NCBI GenBank assembly: GCA_032718475.1
Contig: JAUCBJ010001487.1
Coordinates: 1 to 44,038, forward strand
DNA from: Nemertoderma westbladi
Taxonomy: Eukaryota > Animalia > Xenacoelomorpha
Reading direction: 5' to 3'
Length of the DNA stretch: 44,038 bases
The notes under the pieces were generated by a model, which made no database searches, was not told the origin of the DNA, and saw only the letters and a list, made by a program, of their open reading frames with translations. Numbering within the stretch: position 1 is the first letter of the stretch; each line of letters begins with the position of its first letter. Of the stretch, positions 20,801-32,800 are shown piece by piece. The translations under genes were made by a program, and so were the position numbers.

Positions 20801-23800
20801 GGATGGAGGTCGTCGGAGAGGGCGGGGTCCATGGTACCCAGGATGGAGGTCGTCGGAGAGGGCGGGGTCCATGGTACCCAGGATGGAGATCGCCGGAGAG
20901 GGCGGGGTCCATGGTACCCAGGATGGAGGTCGTCGGAGAGGGCGGGGTCCTTGGTACCCAGGATGGAGGCCGTGTTGACTATCAGAATGGCAATGAGGAG
21001 GCATTGAATGAGAAACAGGTGGGAGTGAGGCTCCTGGTTGACTGCGCGGAGGCGGTTTCCCAACTCCTTTTGGAATGCAGCCGTCTCAGGGCCGAGTCAA
21101 CCGAAGGTCTCAAAGGCCTCCGGGTAGAACAGGTGGCCTCGGTCGAACAGTTCCTCGTACGTTCTCCGCCTCCTCAAACGCACATGTCCTGTGCTATTGA
21201 ATCTTGTTTTTTGTTCCGTTTAAAATATATGAATAACATTGTGATCATATATATATCTTATTTGTAAACCCACGTTCCCTTTGATAATTTGATCATAATA
21301 ATAAATATATTTTTTGTGCGGTTTTTTAGGTGTTTTATCATTAAGTTTACAGGGTAAGATCCAAGTTTAATTTCCTAAATAATTTGATCAATTAGTGTCT
21401 CTTCGAAACTTGAGACGTTAATGAGTTGTTTGTTGATATTCAGATTTTTAACCTTCTCATTTTATTTACATTGTAGATATTATGTTTCACTTCCGAACGA
21501 CGTACGTTAGTAAATCCGGCCAGGTTGTTTATAATCCCCATTCCATCGCAATCAACTACCTTAAGGGATGGTTCATAGCGGACCTGATCGCAGCTGTACC
21601 CTTTGATTTGATATTCCTCATCGAGGCGGAATCGTTTGTGAGTAAAACTCATTACGTAAACGGATTTAAACTTAATTGGAATTTATATTTTGTTTGCATA
21701 ATCATAATAGTCCAGTGAATCTAGCAATAACACGTAATTTGTAATTTCAATCCAAACCATTTTTTGGATTCTAAATTCTTATGTTAAAAGAATAGCCAAA
21801 CAAAAAGAAATTTAATTTGTGCAATAAGATGTCATTCATTTGGAAATTAATATTAACTACTTTCAACTTCGTGTGAATAGCGGCACTTTTCAGCGTTATG
21901 ACCCGAGTGTATTTATGTAGGGAATGAGCGCAGCGAGGGAGGTTGACATTAATTAACGAGTAAGTCATAAACGCTGAATAGTGCCACTTTCACACAATGG
22001 TTTACGTAAGTTTTAGGGTGTACCGGATATCCGATCCGACCGGATATCCGATCCGACCGGATATCCGTTCCGACCGGATATCCGATCCGACCGGATATCC
22101 GTTCCGACCGGATATCCGTTTGGGCAAATCTGCTATCCAGTAATCCGGCCGGATAGTTGAAAAATCCGGTGATACGCCGGATAATTTGCACAGTCAATGT
22201 TTTGTATAACTTTTATTATTATTACTCACTTTTTCTTTTAAAAATTTAATTTAATAAAAATACTAAAAAATAATAAATAGTAAAAATGAAATTAATTTAA
22301 TTTAATTTAATATATTTTCTGAAAGAGTCAAAAATAGAATCTGAATTATATCTTTTTTTTATATTATACTATCAAGCAGGGTTTTTTTTTCTAAATATGT
22401 TAGTGAAATTTATAAATGAAAATAGTGATTTCTAAATTTTTTATACTTGTTTAGAAATATTTCTAAAACTAAAACTTGAAAATAACAAATTTAAAAGTAT
22501 AAATTCTACTTTACAGAGACTGAAATAAAAACAACCTATAAATCATAATTTAACATTCAGACATTAGCAATAATTAATTTTTATTTGTTTGTTCATTCAA
22601 CAAAATGGAACCCTTGAATCTCTAAATCTGATTCATCTCCATCAGATCCACCTACTCCTATAATATCAAATGAACTCATTTGTGGTATTGTTTCTCAGTA
22701 GATTGACATAGACTGTATACAAATCTTTACAGTCTAGGGATGTTTCACTGACATTCCCGTAATTTAAAGTCTTATTAGGGCACTTTTCAAGGAAACATAT
22801 GAAAAACAATGGCTGAGTGTTGATTAGGTACAGTTAGCTGAGAGTGAGTCGGTCATAGTGGAAAGGGACCAAGTACGACTGGGTGGTATTCTACCGGGAA
22901 CCTTAGGCTTTCAACACGGCCTGGGTGAATGAAAATGGCTTGTATTTATAATAAAAATGCATCTACATGCGCCAAAATAATGAAGAGTTTTTTTTTCTTA
23001 TTTCGAAAGCCGTTTTAGTAGTAATTATGACTGTATGATATAATAATCTGACAACAGAATACATTTGTTACTGAAGTAGAAAAGTTAATTTAGCATCGTG
23101 ATTATAATGATCTTAAAGGAACAAGACATCTTATATAAGCATTTTGATTTAATTTCAATAACAAAAATCGTCAAAGCATTTATCTCAAATTGTATTTTTT
23201 TCGTTGTCCCTTCTTTGTACTGTGACCATCACCTATGATGTGGAGTACTCCTTCCCAACAGCAGTATTGCATTGCCTACTATTGCTATTGGGCATATTAA
23301 TTTGATTTCCTAAACAAAATTTAGATTTTCTAAATTTTTTCAAACCGTTTAGAAACTTTTCACAGTGAACATTTTGAAAAAAAAAACCTGCTATCAAGGT
23401 CAACTCAAATCAACCAACATATAATACCTCAACTCTATCAAGATATCATATCAACTCAAACTCTTTATCAATTGAAATTTATTTCAAACTTTATCAAGTT
23501 AATGTAAATAAAGAGGACCTCTTCCCTTCTCTTGGGAAGAAGACGACTCCACTTCTCATCTAGAATGTCTCCGAATTTGGAGAACATTGCCTCCGAGAAG
23601 ATAACTGAATCCTGAAGTTATGTGGTGCCAGTTAGGACGTACCACTGTACCAATCCTTTACGAAAATTTGAGAAGCAAAGCTTCGATTTATTTTCCAATG
23701 AGAATGGCAATGATTAAATCCTACAGAATTAGGGCGAAACAGATATCGCAATACAGCTATAAATCAATTAAGCGCTGGTGACAAGGCAATAAAGGCTCTA

Positions 23801-26800
23801 TAAATATGTCAATAAGTACAACCTGGAAAATCCGGGCGGATATCCGACCGGATGTCCGGCAAAATTCTACCAGATATCCGATTCGGACCGGATGCAAGAA
23901 GTGCTATCCGGCGCTATCCGGCCACCCTAGACTACTCTTGTTACATTATGTCAACGTATCGGCGTTCTGAATGCTTTATTATTCGCTTTAATATTGGAAT
24001 GTTTAGGAATATTAATGAAATTTATATCCTTTTTATGCAAATAATTGCAGTTATACTGTAATTGGGTTGGTGCGCGAAATAATTGTTGTTAGAAACAAGT
24101 ACCAACGGAATACGGTCGAAATGGCGGGTTTAAGTAAGCGCGGGAAGCCAAATTTGAAATTCGGATGTGATTGGCTGTTTCAGATTTCACGTCACTACAA
24201 AGTGATCTGATCATTTCTTATTTCTTATATTGGTTTCTATATGGATAGAGATTTTCGATCGATTCAAATACACATTAAATCTCAATCACTTTACACATGG
24301 CTTATACAAATTGAAAGCGGAGTCTTGCGCATCCTTTTGCGCATCTTTTGACACTACAATTAATTAAATTAATGATGATGCAGATTGATAAAATGCTGTT
24401 TCTAGTAGTATTTCCAACAACAATACTGCATTCCAAGCTGTATTGAGTACGGTAAGCCTACCGGTACAGATTAGAGATTTATAATAATACCACTAAACTT
24501 ATAATACCGGTCAGTCGTTTCTATAATAATTATCGGTAGTAGGCTACTTAAATATTAATAAGTAAAGTAAAGCTGCAATACTCAGATACTGCAATAAGGT
24601 AAGGCCCGTGCTCCACTGGTTAGTCGTATGTCATAGGTAGAAATAAATTATGGACCATATTGGTTTCAATGGGAGCGTCTCCAGTGGTATTTCATAAGTC
24701 ATAAGTCGTTTGTTACGACTCATGAGAGTCGAAAGTGATTATGTCCCATGTTACATACATCTTTTGACATACGACTCATGAGTTATATCCGGAAAGATGC
24801 CTGTGATTGGTTACTTTGGGTAGCAGCAAGCCCGAAAATATTGTACAGAGAAAAAATGTGAGACGCATCTTATATTTTTTTTTAAGAATATGACTTACCA
24901 GTGGAGCACGGGAGCTATACTATGACTTCGGACTCAAACAAAATCTGAAAACGACTTTTGACATACGACTCATGAGTTAGCAGTGGAGCATGGGCGTTAT
25001 ATGACTGAGTACTAGACTAGCATACCGGTCAGGCATTCTGCCGAGTTTACAATTGTGAACAGCATTTTTTCAATGTTCATCATCATTTCGTTAAATAATA
25101 ATAGTGAATATATGTTCTAGGAATTAAAATTTGATAATTTTGATTGATAATAAATTTGACAATTATCTAGCATTATCATTTATGGTTTTTGTTAAAATAA
25201 AATTCTACAATAAAAAATATTGCAACATCTTTAATAACATATGAATAACTATTTAGTTTGAAAAGAGTGCCAAATTACTATGAAACGCAATTACACCATG
25301 ACGCGTAATACAGTGTCATGATGACACAGACCCCCCACCCCCCCCCCCCCCCCCCCACCAAATTTCTATACAAATCTTTATCATATTGCTTGCAATTTCA
25401 AAACATAGTTGCGAAACAGCTGAGATATAGGCGTTCTATAAAGATTGCAAAAGTCTTCGTTCGCTGGAGGCCATTTATTAAATACACACAACGTTATCTG
25501 GTAGGACACTTTGTTTATGTATGAATAGCTACGCACCAGTGGCCTCCAGCGAACGGCAATCTTTCAACGCCTATATTACAGCTGTTCTTACAAAATTAAG
25601 ACATTGTAACATATTAGGAATATAAATAAATCGATTATTGATATTGGAAAGAAATTTCAAGCAATATGATAAAGATTAGTAGTAAAATTTGGAGACAGGG
25701 GGGTGGGGGGGGGGGGGGGGGGGGAACTGGACGCAAAACCCGCCTTGGCGAATTAATATCCCGCCTCAATGTTAAATTCTCAATTAAGGGAAAGAAGCAG
25801 GTTACATTGGCACGTTATTTGGCCCATGTGAAGAATACCAGACTTTCTGACGTTATATTTCACTTTGCAGTTACCCCCATGTCAAGAATACCAGGTTTTC
25901 ACCAAAGCCACAGGTTACAGAAGGGCTGAATCTAACCAAAACAATAAACGAATTAGTATATGTACAGGTTATAAGACAGAAATAAGCGCTATAAAACACT
26001 TAATAAAGATAAATTTAAAAAAAATAAAAATTCTTCATATATAAAATTCCAATAAAAAGTCGATCGAAACGTGAAATCCTGGTATTCTTCACATGGGCGC
26101 GTTATTTTAACCAAAACAATCAACTAAACACAATAGAACAGGTTACAGTTTTATTTTTGAGAGTAATCATCTGTTATTTGCGTCCAATTTCCCCTGGAGA
26201 GGGATGCATTTTTATTGCGTCCACCCCCCCCCCCCCCCCCCCCCCCCATCTGAAAATTTGGGGTGGAGGGATTCCTTGTCATTCGAAAAATGGCACAATT
26301 ACGGGACTATATGGTGTATGTCAGTGGGGAATACACAATTAAGTGATATTTAAATAAAAAATAATAATTAAAACAATGCTTACAATAATATCGAATTTTT
26401 GAATATTATTATTATTAATATCAGCATAATATATTTTTATAGACTTTTTGTGAGGATTTTGTGATATTGACATGATAATGTATAATAAAAAAAAATATGG
26501 TTCGAATGACTTCCTAATCTATTTTGGGTTACCCCATGACCTACTAGTTCTGCAGTTTTCGGGGTGTTATAGTAGGTCATGGTTCCCCCCTATTGTTCTC
26601 TATATTATTATCGTAGATTAGAGTGCTCTATGTCTCTATGGTGTATTTTAAATTTTATTTTTAGACAACTAACAATTTTCTATTGTTGAAAATGGCCCGT
26701 CTTCTGCGATTGGCTAGATTAATGCAGAAACTCGATCGGTACAGCCAATACAGCGCCATCATTTTGACATTATTGATGTTCATGTACTTCTTACTCGCCC

Positions 26801-29800
26801 ATTGGTTGGCTTGTATTTGGTATTATTTGGGAACGACTGAACGTGGGGCTCACCTTGAATCATCAGCTCAATGGGATTATGGTAAGTTACATAATAATGA
26901 TAATAAGCAAAAGGCATTCAACCTGAATCATAATAGTATAGAAGCGTATTAAATATCGCTACCAGAAAACAAAAACAGCACACTAATACACACACCTAAA
27001 AGATATCAATTGGAGAAAAATACTAGATTCGTTTTGCGTTTTAACTAAATGGAATTAAAATACACGCATTCAGAATATCATGTTCATGACATGGCCTTGT
27101 TCTATCTTTGGCAGGCTGTTGGCGAGAAGATACGTGTTGGCCAGCAATGGACATTCCCGAGAAAGGACTTACTGTACACGGCTCATCGGGAACTGCGGCC
27201 GTGTTATGTTGCAGAAGCACTCGAAGTAATGCACCCTAGTATGGTAGGGACCGATATACTACTTGAGTATTTAATTGTACGGCTAAAATTTCCTATTTTA
27301 GGTTGGCTTTATACTTTGAGTACGAACGTGGATGAACCAATGTATTCGAATAATGAAACGTGTGGCACTGTTGTGGGGAATAACACCGAACTGCAGACAA
27401 CCAACTCACCCAGTCTAAACACCGCATACATAACCTCCCTCTACTTCACTCTAACTAGTTTAACTAGTGTGGGTTTTGGGAATGTATCGGCTAATACCAA
27501 TACGGAAAAGGTATTCACCATTCTAATGCTACTTATCGGAGGTAAGCATGGCTTTATACACTCATTGAATGTTTGTGTCACAATTTGAGTCGCGTACCAT
27601 GCCATATCTTATATAAGTTACTTATTATCATAGGCATAACTAAAACCATGGTTATTACTTGTTTGATAAATATACTTTGCAAAAATATCTTATTAGTGCT
27701 TTTACATTATCCTCACATAAATATTTTTTCCACCCACCAGAGTCAGATCAGAGAATAACACAAGCAGTATCAACCATACTTGTTAAATTGGGGTCAGAGT
27801 AAAACGCGGATCCGGATCAGGATCCGGATTCTATCATTTAACATTGTCCCTATGGAAGTCGACTGAATTTACATTTTTAGGGTGTAATCTGCGGATCCGC
27901 GCACTGCTAAATTTACCGAATCCGTAACCGAGTGTAAAATGCGGATTGGCCTTTTTTTCAGATCCGGAACGGAGTGTAAAGCGCGGATTCATGTTTTAGG
28001 CTAAATCCTGAACGGAGTGTAAAACGCGGATTCATTTTTCTACTGAATCCGGGATTGGGTGTAAAATACGGATTCAGGTTTATTACAAAGTTTTATTAAA
28101 TCCGGGAAGGGGTGTAAAACGCGGATTCAAGTTAATTACCATGTTTTATTGGATCCGGGAAGGGGTGTAAAACGCGGATTCTAGTTAATTACCAAGTTTT
28201 ATTGGATCCGGGAAGGGGTGTAAAACGCGGATTTACGTTAATTACTAAGTTTTATTGGATCCGGAATGGAGTGTAAAACACGGATTTACGTTAATTATCA
28301 AGTTTTATTGGATCCGGAATGGAGTGTAAAACACGGATTTACGTTAATTACAAGTTTTATTGGATCCGGAATGGAGTGTAAAACACGGATTTACGTTAAT
28401 TACCAAGTTTTATTGGATCCGGAATGGAGTGTAAAACACGGATTTACGTTAATTACCAAGTTTTATTGGATCCGGAATGGAGTGTAAAACACGGATTTAC
28501 GTTAATTACTCAAGTTTTATTGGATCCGGAATGGAGTGTAAAACACGGATTTACGTTAATTACAAGTTTTATTGGATCCGGAATGGAGTGTAAAACACGG
28601 ATTTACGTTAATTACCAAGTTTTATTGGATCCGGAATGGAGTGTAAAACACGGATTCGTTAATTACCAAGTTTTATTGGATCCGGGAATGGAGTGTAAAA
28701 CACGGATTCTACGTTAATTACCAAGTTTTATTGGATCCGGAATGGAGTGTAAAACACGGATTTACGTTAATTACCAAGTTTTATTGGATCCGGAATGGAG
28801 TGTAAAACACGGATTTACGTTAATTACCAAGTTTTATTGGATCCGGAATGGAGTGTAAAACACGGATTTACGTTAATTACCAAGTTTTATTGGATCCGGA
28901 ATGGAGTGTAAAACGCGGATTTACGTTAATTACCAAGTTTTATTGGATCCGGGAAGGGGTGTAAAACGCGGATTCTAGTTAATTACCAAGTTTTATTGGA
29001 TCCGGGAAGGGGTGTAAAACGCGGATTTACGTTAATTACTAAGTTTTATTGGATCCGGAATGGAGTGTAAAACACGGATTTACGTTAATTATCAAGTTTT
29101 ATTGGATCCGGAATGGAGTGTAAAACGCGGATTCAAGTTAATTACCATGTTTTATTGGATCCGGGAAGGGGTGTAAAACGCGGATTCTAGTTAATTACCA
29201 AGTTTTATTGGATCCGGGAAGGGGTGTAAAACGCGGATTTACGTTAATTACTAAGTTTTATTGGATCCGGAATGGAGTGTAAAACACGGATTTACGTTAA
29301 TTATCAAGTTTTATTGGATCCGGAATGGAGTGTAAAACACGGATTTACGTTAATTACCAAGTTTTATTGGATCCGGAATGGAGTGTAAAATACGGATTTA
29401 CGTTAATTACCAAGTTTTATTGGATCCGGAATGGAGTGTAAAACACGGATTTACGTTAATTACCAAGTTTTATTGGATCCGGAATGGAGTGTAAAACACG
29501 GATTTACGTTAATTACCAAGTTTTATTGGATCCGGAACGGAGTGTAAAACACGGATTTATGTTAATTACCAAGTTTTATTGGATCCGGGAAGGGGTGTAA
29601 AACGCGGATTCAAGTTAATTAGTAAGTTTTAATGAACAATTTATAAAACGCATATGCAATAAAGACCCAGACCCTCATCTAGTTACAATTATTAATTAGT
29701 GCAATGTTTATTGTTCTTTAGTAACTTTTCTTGGCTTGCTGACTTTCCTGGTTTTTTTCTTCTCCGGACTCGGGGTGCACGATGTTTGGGTAGTGAGTTC

Positions 29801-32800
29801 AAGCGGCTCAACAATGGCTGTATCATTGGTTGGACTCGGAATAACGAATCCCGTAAATGGAACCTTTACAAAGTCATCACTGTCATCCATGTTTAATAAG
29901 AAATTAAATAAGAAATTATACTGAACAGTTCAGCCTCCATAAATTAGGAAGGCAGCACGCTTGCAAGGCCTTAAATAGAGTACGCTATGATGCAGTACAA
30001 ACTACCGCCAGCTAGGCAGAACAGTGATTCTTGTTTGTAAGGGAGGTTGGGATGGATAAGCCAATCAGGGAACAGGACAGTAATCCTACCATACAATTGT
30101 CTACAGAGCCGCTCTACCAGAGAGGTCACGTTCCCACGGTAGTAGTTTTTCAGCTAATCAATATCTAATAATGTCTGACGGCCAAGCATCACCATCGCCC
30201 TTATTAATAATTCATTGGGAAGCATTGACCCCTATTAAGGTGTCCCCCAGAGCCGGATTAAGCTTATGTGTGGCCCCTAGACATAGACAAATTATTAAGG
30301 TGTCTATTAACTATTAAGGTGTCCCCCATTAATGTTTGTGTCCCTCATTAATGTGTGTCCCTCATTAATAGTTGTGTCCCTCATTAACAAACTCAGTAAT
30401 TAACGTAAATCCGCATTTTACACCCCTTCCCGGATCCAGTAACACTTTGTAATTAACCTGAATCAATCCGCGTTTTACACCCCTTCCCGGATCTAGTAAC
30501 ACTTGGTAAATAAATTGAATCCGCGTTTTACACCCCTTTCCGGATCCATTAAAACTTGGTAATTAACGTAAATCCGTGTTTTACACTCCATTCCGGATCC
30601 AACAAAACTTGGTAATTAACGAAAATCCGTGTTTTACACTCCATTCCGGATCCAACAAAACTTGGTAATTAACGAAAATCCGTGTTTTACACTCCATTCC
30701 GGATCCAATAAAACTTGGTAATTAACGTAAATCCGTATTTTACACTCCATTCCGGATCCAACAAAACTTGGTAATTAATGAAATCCGTGTTTTACACTCC
30801 ATTCCGGATCCAACAAAACTTGGTAATTAACGAAAATCCGTGTTTTACACTCCATTCCGGATCCAACAAAACTTGGTAATTAACGAAAATCCGTGTTTTA
30901 CACTCCATTCCGGATCCAACAAAACTTGGTAATTAACGAAAATCCGTGTTTTACACTCCATTCCGGATCCAACAAAACTTGGTAATTAACGAAAATCCGT
31001 GTTTTACACTCCATTCCGGATCCAACAAAACTTGGTAATTAACGAAAATCCGTGTTTTACACTCCATTCCGGATCCAACAAAACTTGGTAATTAACGAAA
31101 ATCCGTGTTTTACACTCCATTCCGGATCCAACAAAACTTGGTAATTAACGAAAATCCGTGTTTTACACTCCATTCCGGATCCAATAAAACTTGGTAATTA
31201 ACGTAAATCCGTGTTTTACACTCCATTCCGGATCCAACAAAACTTGGTAATTAACGAAAATCCGTGTTTTACACTCCATTCCGGATCCAACAAAACTTGG
31301 TAATTAACGTAAATCCGTGTTTTACACTCCATTCCGGATTCACAAAATATATGAATCCGCGTTTTACACTGCAATACGGATTGCGTATTTCAGAATCCGC
31401 ATATTACACTCAGTTACGGATTGTATGTAAATCCGGATCCGCCTTTTACACTCGCAAATCCGGGTCCTGATCCGTATCCGGATCCTGAATCCGGATCCGG
31501 ATCCGCGTTTTACACCTACCCGTTAAATTGCGGCTCTACAAAAACACAATTATAATTCTACATGAATGTTTGGTGCCAGGGGCGTAGCCAGGATTTTTCT
31601 TGAGGATGGGCAAACTTTTGGAATTTCAAACAACGTGCCTTATTATTATATATATTATTTTATATATTATTAATATTAGGTAAACCTACTGTAGTGTCAT
31701 AATTCAGTGCCGACTCCCCTCCAAATTTTTGTCGGCGTGTACCTAAGTTACAACACTACTGTACAATTCTGGGATATGGTGTACAATGTATGGTACAAAA
31801 TTGGTACAAAATTGGAAACTACTGTAAGCTCAGGGAAATTGAAAGGTCTCATACACCAACTATACACAAATCTAGCTGCATCAGCACATCATAAGGAGGT
31901 GTTTGCCCCACTTTGGATGAGGGGGGAGGGGAGGGGCACTTGCCCCCTTTGCCCCCCCCCCCCCCATCTAGATACGCCCTTGGTTCTGTCCAATCTATAA
32001 TAACTATAGTCACGTCAAATTAACACCTGTTATATTTGTAGCCTTAATGCACGCTGCGGTATTTGGTAACGTGACTGCGATCATCCAGCGAATCTATGCT
32101 CGCCGAAACCTATACCACGCTAAAACAAAAGACCTAAAGGAATTCATTCGAGCCCATAACATCCCCAAGCCCCTGAAGCAACGAATGCAGGAATATTTCC
32201 AGATGAGTTGGAGTGTGAACAGCGGGATAGATCCAGACGAGATGCTCAAAGAGTTTCCTGAGGAACTTCGTGCTGATATCGCTATGCATCTACACGGAGA
32301 GGTGCTTCAGTTGCCGTTATTCCAAGAGGAGAGTCAGGGTTGTCTGAGGATGCTGAGTCTGCAGGTAAGTAGGTAGTACTGAGTCTACAGGTCGGTGGGT
32401 CCACCGGGTGGACCCACCCCGGAATGAACAACAAGGGGCTAATGGGAGTGACTTCCCGCCGGGATCCGGTGCGTGGTTTCTACCGAACGGAACATAAAAT
32501 AGAGAGAGAGAGTGAACATCCTTGGCTAATACGAATCATAAAATTGAGAGTTTAACATACTGAAAGCGTGCATGTTAACATAGTTCAACTCGGTTCAACT
32601 ATGTTCAAAGAGATAGTCACACCACAAATAGTGACTTTAGTAAGTGTGATGTGTAACTATAACAACACACCACCACCCCCCTTACTTTCACTATTTCCTT
32701 ATCAAACCAAGAAGAACCAGTAATTGATGCGTTGTAACAATTTGTATATTGTTTTTCTTTTGATTCAGTTTATAGTTGAACATCTCTATAAAATTAATTA

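Noticed and set aside
19566-21007. Many long overlapping ORFs on both strands
   Set aside because: Artefacts of a stop-poor 40-bp repeat; only the unique flanks carry a protein signal (the CRE remnant).
27049-27301. Upstream part of the 179-aa ORF as channel coding sequence
   Set aside because: A phase-compatible acceptor lies at 27301 and the upstream peptide has no channel similarity; treated as an open intronic frame.
27791-31521. Regular 53-bp repeats as a CRISPR array
   Set aside because: No unique spacers, no cas genes, eukaryotic intron context; the inverted arms and TSD indicate a transposon.
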